From Octopus sinensis (taxonomy: Eukaryota), in the NCBI RefSeq assembly GCF_006345805.1, contig NC_043001.1:50034001-50098000 (forward strand): a DNA stretch of 64,000 bases. The letters run 5' to 3'. The notes under the pieces were generated by a model. It was not told the DNA's origin. It was given only the letters and a program-made list of their open reading frames with translations, and did not search any database. Below, piece after piece: positions 22,811 through 36,699 of this stretch (its first letter is position 1; every line of letters starts with the position of its first letter). The translations under genes and the position numbers were made by a program.

Positions 22811-25169
22811 GCTATAGCATATATAGAGTTAATTCTTCTGTCAAAAATGACATGAAGGTTACGCAAGTTCTTACTGAACAACCTGTACAGACAATCACAT
22901 TATCTCACTCTCTCCACCAAACCAGCATTGCCAGTAGAGGCGCATGATGTGGTACATGTCACATATCAAAGCAATCGCACAGCAATATGAAATGAAGTGT
23001 TTTGCTCAAGAACATTTTACTGCACAGTCTTGGAATCGAAATCATGATGTTGTGACAGTGAGTACAAGTCTAAACCATGCTATGTATCTTCACACACACA
23101 CACGTGGAACATATGTATGCATATAGTCACCTGATCAATAAAAAACAATTTAACATTATAGGGTGGAGCAGATGGGGCTGTCTTACAAGAGAAAAAAATG
23201 CATTGCAAAAAAATTTTTTTAAAGTAATCCAAAGGGATAGATGACTCTTCCTTTAATCTGTCCAAAGCATCCATTCTTAGAACCACCCAAAAGTGAACAA
23301 GTATATTTATTCTCCCATGGTCACTACCACAGCCAATATAGGAAGCTATTTAAGTGTACAATGACAAGAGGGTTAGGCAAAGCATCCCCCTTTTAATGTC
23401 ACTTATTTGTCTTCCCATCATCCCATCATATTTCACATAGCAGACAGCTAGTGAATATTAAAACATACAAGGCAGTAATTTCTTGGGGAAGCTTCTATAT
23501 GAACATTCAATGTGCAAGATATAGACAAATTCCCTCAAATCACTTTCTTCAGTGTTGAACAAGAAGGGCACATCTACTGTAGTCCTGGTCATGGTTGGAA
23601 TGCTTTTGATCGTAAGCCTGCTCAGTAAGGGTCAACCTAGAGTTGACAAACACTAATAGAAGCAAGATTCAAAAATTTGCAGTCCAGTTTAGAGTTTCAA
23701 GTTTAGGCTTTAAAGGTAAAATTACCATATGTGAAATCATGAAATGGTGCTTAGTAGACACCCAGCATGAACCCACCCACCCCGGATACAGTGAAGGAAG
23801 GAAGGGTAGAAGCTTGAGATAACATGAAGATGGTGGGCTGGGAAGTGAGGTAAACTTCCCCACCAAAAAACTGATGGGTGGAGAAAACATGGCTAGACAG
23901 TAATAACAGGTGCAGGAAATATGTTATCAATAGCCAGGGGTATTTTCCTGTCAGGAGAGGGGGGGCTTTTTCTAATACTTTCTTTCTGTTCTTGCAAGAT
24001 TGAACTGTGTATGTTGAGTGTATGCACATGCATATGTATAAAAAATTTGTTCATTTAACAGACATTTTTCCATAGTAGCATTTAGGATCTTATTTGAAGA
24101 AGAATTATATGGCTGGATGCCCTATCTGCTGGCAAATTGAACCTGTTTTATAGGTAAGAGAGTTTTTAAGTTTCTGTGGTCTTTGAAAGTGGAGAGCAAC
24201 TGGTTGTAATATCAAGAAATGCAAACAGCATATTTCACTCAGACAGGGACAAACAAATCGACAGAATGTGAACATTTGCACACACTCACACTACATATGG
24301 TGTCAGACAATTTCTGTCTACTAATACCATTCACAAAACTTTGATCAGCCTTTGGTCAGAGATCGATAGACTAAATACCAGGCTTTAAAAAAAAGAAATG
24401 CTGAGGTCAATTCATTCTACTAAAAAATTCAAGGCGATGCTCCAGCATGGCTGCAGTCTAATGACTGAAACAAGTAAAAGATATATACATGTTAACATGC
24501 CATCACATACATGTTAATTCAATAAGTAAAGAGTTCAGTTGATTGAACAAATGAAATAATCAGATCAAAACAAAGATCTGTGTATGTTTGCGTGTGTGTA
24601 TGTTAGATCTCCAAGCAGCAGATACATACATTCAGATAGCAACCATCACACACCCCTAACTACAACCCCATGTCCCCCTCCACTCTTACCAGTAGTGTTG
24701 ACATAGAGTTGTGTAATCATTGTCAAAGTATTTACACTGTAGTAGATCATTGTTGTTTGATTTCTGGAAGCTTATGAATGAAAAGAATGTTCATAGTTTG
24801 TTCAAACATTACTACAAACCTACCTCAATCCTATGGCCAACTGTTGATCAGAAGAGACTATGAATAGGACAGCTGATTAAATGGTTTAGAAAGAATATTG
24901 ATATGTATAAGTATTGACATTTAGGTACACATGTATATACGTGTGTTAATGTATGCATGTTTATTGACAGAAAGGTTAACAGAATTGATAAGGTTATCAA
25001 CCAACCAGAGGATCAAATCCCATCACTGTACTTTGACAACAGCAATGATAATTAACAAGACTTGCATTGCTGTCTTTTGTATTCAGATACATGGGTATAA
25101 AGATCTTACAGAAAATACAGTGAAGTGTACAGTTGTGATTAGGTGGACCCTCAGTACTGACATATAGAC

Positions 25170-25575
25170 TGACATGTTCCAGGTTCAGTCCCACTGTGTA
25201 GCACCTTGGGCAAGTGTCTTCTATAGCCTCAGGTATAGTACCAGTTACGCACTGGGGTCAATGTAATCAACTTAATCCTTTTTTCTGTCCTTGTTTATCT
25301 CCTCTATGTTTAGCTCCTTCTGGGCAATAAAGAAATAAGAAACTAAAAAAAACCAGTTGTGTGTGTGTGTGTGTTTATTTATCCCCAATCATCATTTGGC
25401 AACCAGTATTGGTGTGTTTATGCCTGCATAATTTACCAGTTCGGTAAAAGAGACCATGAATAAGTGCCAGGCTTAAAGCAAAATAAGTACTGGAGTCAAT
25501 TCATTTAACTAAAAATTTTTCATGGTGATGTCCCAGCATGGCCATAGTCAAATGACTGAAACAAGTAAAGATAAA
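25170..25575 (+). mobile_element. Family A SINE with inserted fragment
   Basis: GGTTCAGTCCCACTGTGTAGCACCTTGGGCAAG .. CCAGCATGGCCATAGTCAAATGACTGAAACAAGTAAAGA. Confidence 0.7.
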
Positions 25576-26776
25576 AATAACTAAAGAGAAGAGTTTATTC
25601 TAGCTACACAAAAGACACACACACACCATGTACAGTACTGCACTCACTTCTGTTTCTTGCACTATAAACAAATGAGGAAGCCTCTACATAGTTGCTTGGC
25701 TTGCTAAAAATAGCAGCCTTCCAAACCATTCTACCATGGTGGGATAAAGGAAAAGTCATGGCTTGAATGTCCTTGATCATTGTTCTGCTCATTCAGAGCT
25801 GACATTGGATTAAAAATCAAGACTTTTTTTTTGTCTATATTCACTCCCACCACCTTCCATTAATGCCAAACGCAATTATAGGAGATTCTTTATACTTTCT
25901 TCACATTCTCAATTATAAAATTTTATTCTCTGATGGTCATTGAAGAACATAAATGTCTCAAGTTATTGCTGAAGGTAATTTATCAAATACAGCACTCTAT
26001 TCAAACAACCCCAAAATCTTTATATTATTGCATTTCTTACTACTTTGCTTATTTGGAAAAGCAACTTGCTAAAAATAATACTTTTTAAATTTTAAAAAAA
26101 TTACAATAATTTTATTTTTACTAGCTTCAACTCAAGGTCTGTGGTCATGCTGGGACACTGCCAATTTACTTAAGTGGAAAGGAAAAAAGTGCAAACAAAA
26201 AATAAAAAGGAATTGAGGCTATGTGTGGGAGGGAGATGTTTAAACAACACCAGGTTCAAAATACAGAGGGTACCTGTATCTGTCACACAACCCAACCAAG
26301 TTCTCCATGATAATCTTTGCTGTAGCAACAACCAGAACTTACAAGCAGACAAGTTACAAGAGTGCTTCTATAGAGTCACTCAACCTTCAACACAGCAATT
26401 AAATCTCTTGTCCAAGCCCACCCCTGCTTCTATGATAAACATCCTATCTTAAAGTGATCTAAATTAAAATCCTCCATCAAAATTCCATGTCAATTTATGA
26501 TTCAAACACCACTAAATAATGAAGTTATTTTACCAACTTATTAATTTTCAAAATTAATTGAAATTAAGTCAATGTTCTTCATCAAAAACATGGTTAATAA
26601 AATGGGTTGAATGAGGAGAAACATGTCTGATAACATAACCAATTGTTACAACCATCAAAAGCTGTTGACATTTCAGCATTTACAAGATTTGAGGCTAATA
26701 ATCTGCAAGGTACCACTCTATAGTAGATGCAGCTTATTTTCAGTAAAGTTGACTAGAACAACGTGAAATGAAGTGC

Positions 26777-26820
26777 CTTGCTCAAGGATACAATGGAAGT
26801 CCATTGTATCCTTGAGCAAG
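26777..26820. repeat. Perfect 20-bp inverted repeat with 4-nt loop inside an old SINE
   Basis: CTTGCTCAAGGATACAATGG-AAGT-CCATTGTATCCTTGAGCAAG, no mismatch. Confidence 0.95.
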
Positions 26821-28779
26821 CAATCAAACCCACACCTTATCATGAGATGAGCACAGCAGCCAAACCACTCAGCCATGCACCTTCCTTTATAACCCCTTTC
26901 AACTAGTTGTAAATGGACATCACAGGATGGAATGACTCACCAATGTAAGTAATGGTAAACATTGTAAAAGGATAAGTGCTAATTTAGGTCAATGACCTTG
27001 CTTTTACCACCACTGGAGAGTGAAATTGAAAATAAAAGCATATATATTACTCTACTACTACTTACCTAAACAACATAGGAGGGTGGGGAGTGAAAAACCT
27101 CACACACTTTATAACTAAAAATTGTGGATCTTCTCATATAGCATACAAGAGGTAAGACTACTCACAACCTTTAGATTGCACCCATGAATCAGTAATTGGA
27201 TAAATGGGCAAAGTATCATGTTACCAGCTAATGAATCTCAAGTTCATATCCATTACACTATTTTATACTTTATTATTAGTATGAAACTTTAACCATCTAA
27301 GCTAGCTTTTCATACTCTAGCTGAAGATTAGTTATCATACTGTTCTTGTGACAGGCTGCAATTCTATGGAGCAGGGTGGAAGAAGAGATTTGTCTCTTAT
27401 CAGATTAGCTTAATGTAATTTTGGAGACAAACAGCTGCCTTGAGAATGAATCTGGGGAGTTTGATGAACAGAGAAAAACTGATTTGTCTACAAAAAGAAA
27501 ATCCTTCCATAACATTTGAGTTCTCTGAAAAATCTAAAGTACTCACACATTGGTATTTGGAAGAAAGCAATTTGGAGAATGTGCAACAACCTTCAGTAAC
27601 CAACATATTTCTCTCTAAAATATTGTCTGAAAGTGTCCAAGTACAATTTCACCAATATAAAGGAACTTCTATATGGTTGCTTATTAGAAAAATCTCCTTC
27701 TAAACCTTAGAATAATGTACCTCACAACTCCTGATACTTAATCATGAGAATATAATTAAAAATAAAATAAAAATACCAAAACCACAAAATTAAAATAGAA
27801 TATACATACATATCTACCCTCGTTTCAGCTCGCTCACATACAAATGGAAGATATTAAAATCGGACTTATGTGCATGAATTTGTATGCCTTAGACATACAT
27901 TGCATGCCTTACACATACATTGCATAAATTTGCATGCCTTGTGCATACATTTGCATGCGCTCATGTATCTTAAGATATATTGCACTCAGCTGTCTATCTT
28001 TAACATTGCATGCATTTATATATCTTGAGTATGCATTGCATGCCTGGTATTCTTGCAAAGAATGCCATTGCTGGATGGCTATGACAGCAATCATACATTG
28101 AACTGAGAGAAACCACAACCTTATCAGTTGTACAGGATATTAGTATTGTTCCTCTAAACTTAGAACGAACTATAGAAATCAGAAATAAGAGATCCCTTAC
28201 TTGAAAACTGATAAGAGTTAACAACAAAAAGGACTGCAAAACAATACATCAGGGATGTATTTGCCAAACCCATGCTATCATGGGGGGGAAAATGGACTTA
28301 AAACAAGTGAAGAGATATAAATATGAGTCATTCATAGTGAAGTTGATAGTGAAAGTTAGTTCTGGAAGCTAATACTAATAAATATTACCTAAATTCTCCA
28401 AGTGATTTCGAAGGGTTATTAGCTCTAGTTTGATGTGATTAAGTAGATGACTGATCATTTCCAAATGGACTGGATGCAGATCTATCACATGTGACACTCC
28501 CAAATGATTTAAGTGTATATATATATATATATTCCCTCTTTCACACACACACAAATCCATAAATATTACATGTCTAAAATTACATACATACATTATATAT
28601 CTCTATATATATAAACAGCAAAATGCCTGTGTGTGTGTCCTTTATACAAATCAACAATTTTTCAGTTAGAGGGCTTGCACTTTCTATGGTCATTCAAAAC
28701 CGTCCAAGGGTGGTCGTGCACATCTTTACATTTCCCCAGTCACCCCACAAAGCCATTAAAAAATCAATAGAAGTGACTT

Positions 28780-29160
28780 TTTTGTGAATTTTCTATCCAA
28801 AACCCAATCCAAATGCCCGAAACTTGATACGCCAATTGAATGCCAGCTAGCTGTATGTGATTGGTTGGAGATTTGGACAGTACTCGCGTGTATGTGCGCA
28901 CGCACGCACGCAGCTGTATATGCAAGCACTAGCACTATGACCTGGCGTTGCCGGGTCATAGTGCTAGTATATATATATATATATTCCCTAATACCTTTAA
29001 TACACATCTACTTTTACAACTAAATTTGCTCAGGTCTACACGGCACATCAAACGGGTGTTATTTTATTTTTTTTAATCCATTTTTTTAAAGCCATTTTCT
29101 GCCAGGTTTTCTGTATCCATAGTCCATGTTCCTTAACCATGATGGTTAAGGAAAATGAAC
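28780..29160. promoter_or_regulatory. Possible promoter region at a CpG-domain boundary
   Basis: CpG-rich unique sequence with CCAAT (TGATTGGTT ~28860) and an NRF1-like GTGCGCACGCA run, at the right edge of the CpG-poor 1-28.7 kb domain. No transcript evidence. Confidence 0.3.
28928..28968. repeat. 41-bp palindrome built from a Helitron 3'-end motif
   Basis: ACTAGCACTATGACCTGGC-GTT-GCCGGGTCATAGTGCTAGT (18/19; the mismatch is a G-T wobble). Resembles the Helitron end at 16575-16603 (ATTAGCAGTATAGCCTGACATTGCCCAGG). Confidence 0.85.
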
Positions 29161-32129
29161 TTCTTTACACATGCCATAAAAAGTGAATGAGAATGTGTGA
29201 GCGTGCATATGTGTGTTCTGCCTCTTTTGTCTTTTCCAGCTTAAATCACATTCTCACCAGATGTGTTTACAAACATTTGTCTGTCTTTACACAACCAGAA
29301 TAAAACTGAACCAGCTCTCAGTAAAACTGGATGCTAACTTAACCACCCACTTAATTGATAGCCATTCTGAAGTTTGAGACAGTAAACTATAAAATATTAG
29401 CACCACACATGTCCAGGAATTTATTTTGTATCGCTGCCACAACCACTAAAACACTAATATATAGTGTAAATGCGTATTTACTTAATAATTTTCATAAACG
29501 TTAATTAAATTCATAGCAAAGTGAAGTTTACAATCTGTATTGGTTTCTAGTGAGAGCATTGAAACTCACCTATATTGCAAAAATTCCTTTCAGATACAAT
29601 TCTTACAAAGGCCCTCATTAGAGGTCACTAAAGTTTGACATATTTTCTAGAAATAAATGTAAATGAAGACACATCCATACACACACACAATGAGCTTTTA
29701 TATAGAAACTTGAATTTCTACAGGTAATATTCCCAGTCATCTATTTTCAACAGCTCGCTGGTACACGGCAAGACATTTCGTAAACCTTTATAGTTATGAT
29801 AGTATGAATGATCATTATAAATAACCTTGATATAGAGACTGATAAACAGATTTATGTTAATTAGGTAGACATGTAAACATACAGAGATAGTCATGTGGAC
29901 ACAAACGTACAGATAGAGAGACAAGGAAACGAAGGACGATACCTATGTATTCACCTGTGTCAACAGATAAATAAAAGATGCTTATTAGAAAATGTGTACT
30001 AGTGTAGATACACACTCGCATATGCATGGGGGCGATAACATAAGAGACAAGAGTAGATCAATAGAGAACAGAATGCACCAATGTAACGTGGTTCGATTAG
30101 AAAATTTACCAGGAACAGGAAGACAAGGACGTTCCGTTTTATTTATTTATATATCGAAGCCCAACAGACTCCCACCTCAACAGTCAACCTTCTCCCTCTC
30201 CTTTTTCCTGCAATAATTGAAGGGATGAGCAGTTTTGTTTTATAAGACATTACAATCGGTCCTGGCTCATGATGAGGAGGAGGGGAATAAAAATATAAAG
30301 GATGCCCATGGTGGGAACGCTTTTGAACGTAGATCTGCTCGATTAGCAACAATGACTACTATATACACGTCCTCATGTGCACATAGTATGTAAGCGTTAA
30401 CTACACAATATGCATACAGATACACAAATCACGTCAGATACAAAGTGCGATTTGCCACAAACACACTCCACACTGTATACAACCCACTCATATTAAATAC
30501 GCTAAATACACGCACTCCCACGCACAGATATTCTACGCTAAAAACACCAAACTGCACGCACATATTCGCAAAAACATACGTTAAAAATGTAAAACTACAC
30601 ACAGATACATCATGCATGATAAACGCAAACACCTCTAATATTCATTCTCTCATTGAAGACATATAAAGAATACAGCAGCTTCTACTAGAATATATAAATG
30701 TTTGAAAGAGAGGAAGTGGGGGGGCCACAATGAAATTTCTTCAGACAGGACGATAGCAAGGTAGGTAGGTTAAGGTGGAGGAAAAGCGAGACAGAGGGAA
30801 GAGTGAGACGATGATAGAGAAATGCATGTTATAGAAGGAGAGGAAGAATAGAGAATTAGAGATGATGATAAACAGTGACATCGATATATTAAAGAAAGCT
30901 ATAAAGAATCTAGAAGGAAAGGGTGATTAGAAAAGAGGAGGCGAGAAGCGCAAAAGAGAGAGAGAGAAAAAAAAAGAAACATTCTGAAGCAAGAAGTACA
31001 TCCATGGAAACTTCAATGGCAACACTAAAATAAAATGAAGAATAAATGAGATATTTTATAAGAGAGAAAGAAGGAGCACCTTGAAGGGAGAGAGAGAGAG
31101 GGAGGGAGAATACATTTTATCAATTTACTCATTTGTAATTGTTCAATTACGAACGACGATGCTTGGAACATTATTGTTTCTCTCTTACAATCTTATTGTA
31201 AGGATAAGTCTATCATTTCACTCAACACAGACGCATCCCCTCTCTGTCTGTCTCCCTCCCAACCATTTCCGTCTTCCATTCTCTCTTTTCCTACTCTATT
31301 TCCGTACCCACCTACCTACCGATCTACCTACCTAGTTCGATATTTTATCCACTCTGCTGCCTCTCTCTCTCCAAAACAGACACAAGCTAGCTCTCTCTCT
31401 CTTTCTCTCTCTTCTCAAATTACTACAATATCTACAACCATCACATACACACACACAAATGTACATATTACTTCATTCCCTTCCATTCTTCACTGTTCCT
31501 CCTCCTTCCGCTGCAACCCTTATCTATTGATAAGGGTTGGTTACTATATATTTTACTACAGAGTGAAGACAGTGGCCATATTATCACACAATTATCATCT
31601 TTACAACTACTACTACATCGCCACTACTACCATAACCACCTCTACAAAAGAAATACCAGTTGTCTTATACATTTGTCGTCCATCTCTTCGCTCCATGACT
31701 ATTTCGATCAGAAATCGGCAAACAAATGAACGGTTTAATTTTGCTAAGAATATTAATCAAACAATCCCGGATGTAATTATTACAAGATGAATTGATGTGA
31801 CTGTCACTATCATTAATCAACCTGATAGCATCGGTAAGGAGGATGGAGAAGAAAGATTCAGTCACTGAAACAGTATACATTCAATGAGTGACAACTATAT
31901 ATATATATATTATTCTATAATGTTGCTGGTATGTTATATGCAGGTTTCAGACATTATTACATAAAATACGTAACGATATTTTAATTGCGCCCCAGGGACT
32001 AATAAAATAAAAATACACAGTGATGTCAATTAATCGACTATACGACTCCTGAATTATTATTATTATTATTTTCTTTCTTGTACCGATGTTTGAAACCGTT
32101 ATTCTTTATTGGGTAAAGTAACGCAGAAA

Positions 32130-32560
32130 AATTATTTCTAACATAGGCACAAGACCAGAAATTTGAGTTGGCCGAGAAAATAGTCAATTATATCGATCCA
32201 GTATTATTTCACTGATACTTTATTTTATCGATACCGAGAAGGTGAAAAGCAAAGCTGAGCCTCTACTAAATAATAATAATAATAATGGTTTAAAATTTTG
32301 GCACAGGGCCAGTAATTTTGGGGTGTGGTTAAGTTGATTACATCGAGCCCAGAGTTTATCTGGTACTTATTTTATCGACCCCGGAAGGATGAATGGTAAA
32401 GATTTGAATGCAGAACGTAAAGACAGACGAAATGCCGCTAAGCATTTTGATCGGGTGCGCTCACGATTCTGCCAGCTCGCCAGTAATAATAATAATCTTT
32501 TCTACTAAAATCACAAGGCCTGAAATTTGGGGGGAGATGACTAGTCAATTACATCGACCC
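32130..32560 (-). mobile_element. Three adjacent family B SINE copies separated by (AAT)n tails
   Basis: Reverse of GGCGAGCTGGCAGAATCG..AATGCTTAGCGGCATTTCGTC..TCGATAAAATAAGTACCAG; most complete at 32285-32482. Confidence 0.75.
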
Positions 32561-33509
32561 CAATATAATAATAATAATCTTTAACACTAGAAATACGCAC
32601 ACGAGAACTGTCAGTCGTCTCAATCAGCCGGAAGAGAAAATGCTTAAGAATCTATCGTTTCCTTAAAAACTAAGATAGCTGTCGGATTTATGGCGTAGTC
32701 ATGCACACGTAACTTGTCATTTCACAGCTTTCTTCTACATGCCAGTGGATATATATATATATATGGTGGTGCTATATGCAAACACTGTTTGTGATACAGA
32801 TAGATAAATATCTCTTCTATACATATAGTTTTTTTTTTCCTTTTAGTTTTTTCTCCCTATACACAACTGGAGTTTTGAAAGTTTGCTGGCAAAATTGTAA
32901 AGCTATCAGTAAAAATAAACATCCTCATCGTTTGCGCAGTCGTTTTTGCTACCTTTTCTTTTTTAATCTTTAAATCTTAAGGCCTTACATAAAAGGTGTT
33001 ACTCGAGCACTCAACTATGAGTTCACAGCATCTTAGAGCAGAAACAGCTGTAAGCTAATGAAGTTCATAAGATGAATGTTTATTCCTTTGGCATCTCATT
33101 TTCTTACATGTGTGCGCGCGCATGTATGTATAAATATATATACACACATACAGAGAGAAGTAGTGGGGGAAAGGGACGATACATACTGCGTGTGGGAGAG
33201 ATGTGTTCGCTCCATCTCATTATCATAGATACACCGAAGAGAGTGAAGGAGAAATCATTACAAATGTTGACTACCCTGATAAACGATTTGCCTTCAATCT
33301 GTTTGATCGAACATCGATAAGAATGATAATAATAAAAAATCGAGAGAGGAAAGAGATCAATCATTAAAGAAGAGAAAAGGGAAGACACAGAAAGAACAGA
33401 GAGTAGCAGAGGAAAGAAGAGAGCGTGTGATTATCTCCCTCCATCTCAATGCATGACATTTTAGTTGACATCACATCAACACTACCATCACCACCACTAT
33501 ATAACACCT

Positions 33510-34125
33510 ACCCGGGAGAATTTCTGTGTCCGCGCGACAAGCTAGAATTAGCAACCAAATTTTCTTGAACATACCCTCAATGATTTGGGGATGGAGGGAA
33601 CACGAACATATTTGATAATATCGTTCTTGGTGGAAATCTTTTTGATCTGAACTGACTGGCCCGAAGCTAAACAATGAGCCTAAGTTATTTTGTTGTTGCT
33701 GTTGTTGTTTAGACTCCATGTCACATCTGATGAAGCAAGACATGTGAACAAAAACGTCCCAGCCATGACCATTCCGTTTTTTTTAAGCATGTATCCAATA
33801 TGCTCCTTTTATTTTTAAAAGAGAATAGGATATGATTTGAAAGTGTTTTGCCTCTGGCTGCTGCTTTTAGCAAGTCGAGCGACCTTGTAGAGGCTCCTTC
33901 GTGCATTGTACGTCGTCTTATTTAGCACCAGGTCAACCATGATTGAGCAAACCTACAATCAAAAGTATTCCAGCTGCGACTATCTCGTTTTTTTTTTCTT
34001 ATGTTTAGGGAACTTAGAATCATATTATCCAACGAGTTATCTTCTTCGGGGCGATAGGGTGTTATTAGAAAGAGATTTGACTGCTGTTTCTAACAAGTCG
34101 ACAGACCACGTTGAGACACTCTTGT
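33510..34125. repeat. Cluster of an unclassified ~200-300-bp dispersed repeat (family D), mixed orientation
   Basis: GAGCA.ACCTA..ATCAAA..TTCCAGC..GAC and GATTTG.CTGCT.TTTCTA.CA.GTCGA motifs recur near 5810, 23590, 25670, 46660, 47250 and 51470. Confidence 0.55.
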
Positions 34126-34604
34126 TAGCATGTCACTACCATTGGTGACAATATTATTGGATAAGAAGAGTGTCACATAAATAAGAGTAAAAAAAATTCT
34201 AAATAACAAAATAAATATAACCTGATAGAAAGGCGACATTTCTGAGTAGACATGAGAGAAAGAGAGAAAGGAAGATACCTAAATAAGTGAATAAACAAAA
34301 CCTTGTCCATAATCCTTATCCCAACTAGAATCCATCAGCCATGTGTAAATAGTTAATATATATATATAAGCGTCAGTTTGCAGAACATATGCGAGCTGAG
34401 CTGAACTTCAGCATTTGTGTGCGCACGTACACACAGTCTTATATGAAAGGAGAGGAAGAGGAAATACATAATGTGGTATAAGGAATAACAATCAAAAAGA
34501 AAAATTTTACAGTCGTTACTCTGAGTTTCGCCACAACTGTCTAACGATAAACATTTATCTATCTAACGACAGGCAGATTGATAAATAGATCCACGCACAC
34601 AGAA

Positions 34605-34790
34605 ACACGAGGAAATCCTTAGCAGTATTTCGTCTGTCTTTACGCTCTGAGTTCAAACTCCGCCGAGGTCGACTTCGCCTTTCATCTTTTCGGGGTCGAT
34701 AAATTAAGTACCAGTTGTACACTGGAGTCGATCTAATCGACTGGCCCCTCTCCTCAAATTTCGGGCCTTGTGCCTAGAGTAGAAAAGAAT
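34605..34790 (+). mobile_element. Family B SINE
   Basis: TTAGCAGTATTTCGTCTGTC..CTGAGTTCAAACTCCGCCGAGGTCGAC..GGGGTCGATAAATTAAGTACCAG; CpGs intact. Confidence 0.85.
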
Positions 34791-36699
34791 ATAACAAAAA
34801 AAAAAAGGATGGGATTTTATATCGTCGTTATTCACCAGTTTCGTCACGACTCAGTGTGTGTGTGTGTGTGTGTAAGCTATACAAGTTAATAAAATCCTAC
34901 GCTTAGTTAAAGCTTATTTATCCCGACAAAAGAAGATCCCGTGATCTGGATATCAATGAATGCGTATACAAGTGCGTGTGCATCCGAGTGGTTCCAGATA
35001 CTTCGACAAATAAATAAAATGGATTTAGACTGACTGTGATAGTAACACAGCAGCATCGAGAGAAACCATTTTCCTTTCCTCTTTTTATTTTTAATCCATC
35101 GACCTAGCAGTAGCACCGCCACCTCCACCACTACTACTACTATTACAGCTGATGCTGAACCACAGTGGCTGCTGCTGCTACTATTACTACTACAGGTGCT
35201 GTTGCTGCTAGTACTACTACTACTACTACTACTACTGCTGCTGTCACTACAGCTGCTTTTTAACTGATGTGTTATAAAGGCTAAGGCTGAGAAACGAACC
35301 GAACCCCACTAAGTGTGACAGAACGAACAATGGAGTCTGGATGTTGCTTGCTGTCCTCATCTGTTGTGACTCCTGCTCAAGAATTGTGCAAAAGTAGAAT
35401 GTGCAACTCATGTTTGCAATTGCTAACATCTATCGGTCTTGGAGAGAAAAAGAGAATATGGAACGTCTGTGATCCTTGTGAAACCTGGGCTAAAACAAAC
35501 AAACACCTAGCACCAAATACATACATACATACATACATACATACGATTGAGCTTTCAGCATTATACTGTAACAAACCAGCTCTGACATACTTGCACAGCT
35601 TTCAATGAGCATTGTTTGGCAGCGATTAGTTTCAGTTGCAGATTATTGCATGTCTCGCTTCTATATTCCATAAAACAGTCTTCAGTTTTTCCAGTTCTTC
35701 CAACAGTTCAGCTGGTGCACGCAATCATCATCATCATTATTATTATTATTATCGGTAAACTATAGTTGGGATCATATAAACCATATGCAGCATGAGAAGA
35801 GGTAAAGCGGAACTTCAGATGCGCTTTTGCCGAATGGTCTTAAAATCTCCGCTGCCAAACATCAAGACATTGCTGCTATTTTAGATATTCTTTATAATTA
35901 CCCAAATTTGGTACAGATTGCGACACTGGGACTGCAGCACATCGTAATCCTGTGCATATAGGCCATGTGTTGTAGAAGGAAACCCGTAGCAAAATTCCTA
36001 AAAAAAGACTTACAGCTAAAAAAGAAAAAAACTATGTCGTTTTCATCAGTCAAACTGTAGGTCTTGGGTATCTGTAACATGGTACCACCAGCAGAAATAA
36101 AGAGGGTGGCTGAGCTAATAACCAATTTTATGTCCCAGGATTGCTATGAGTAAAGGCCTCAAAACAAGTTCTCTGAGGTACTACTGTTCTAGATCGGTGA
36201 CTCTTCTGCTACCGATAGGGTTTATTGCATTACACAAAAGTTTGTACAAGATTTGGAAACTAGGGAAACAACGAAGAAGAATTCATGGATATAACTAAAA
36301 TAGCAAAAGTGTTCAGACAACTGACAGGAGGAATACTGAGAATTTCCATCCTTCAACGAGGAATACAATACGCCAGTACACTAATTTTTCTGACTTTGCA
36401 GAAAATAACGACCTTGATTTGAGTAGTAGTAGTAGGAGGAGGAGTGAATTGAAACTGAAAGAAAGTTGGTCATGCGACTCGAGTTTCACTCAACTGTGAG
36501 CTTCAGGTGAGAACGCTGCAGTCATCTGACATAAACCAATGTACTGTGTACAGACACACACACAAAAAAAAAAATTGAGAAATAATCCAACATCGTGTAG
36601 ATGAATGTAGGCTATTTTAAAAATGTTTTCCCTCAAAAACTTTTATCTCAAATGACAAAAAAAGTCACTAAAATATTGCTTTATGTTATAATTAGGAAC

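Noticed and set aside
33725-33760. CTGATGAAGC..AAAAACG as a hammerhead ribozyme core
   Set aside because: The GAAA half of the core and stems I/III could not be formed. Similar partial matches at 38875-38900, 42950-42980 and 53385-53410 also fail.
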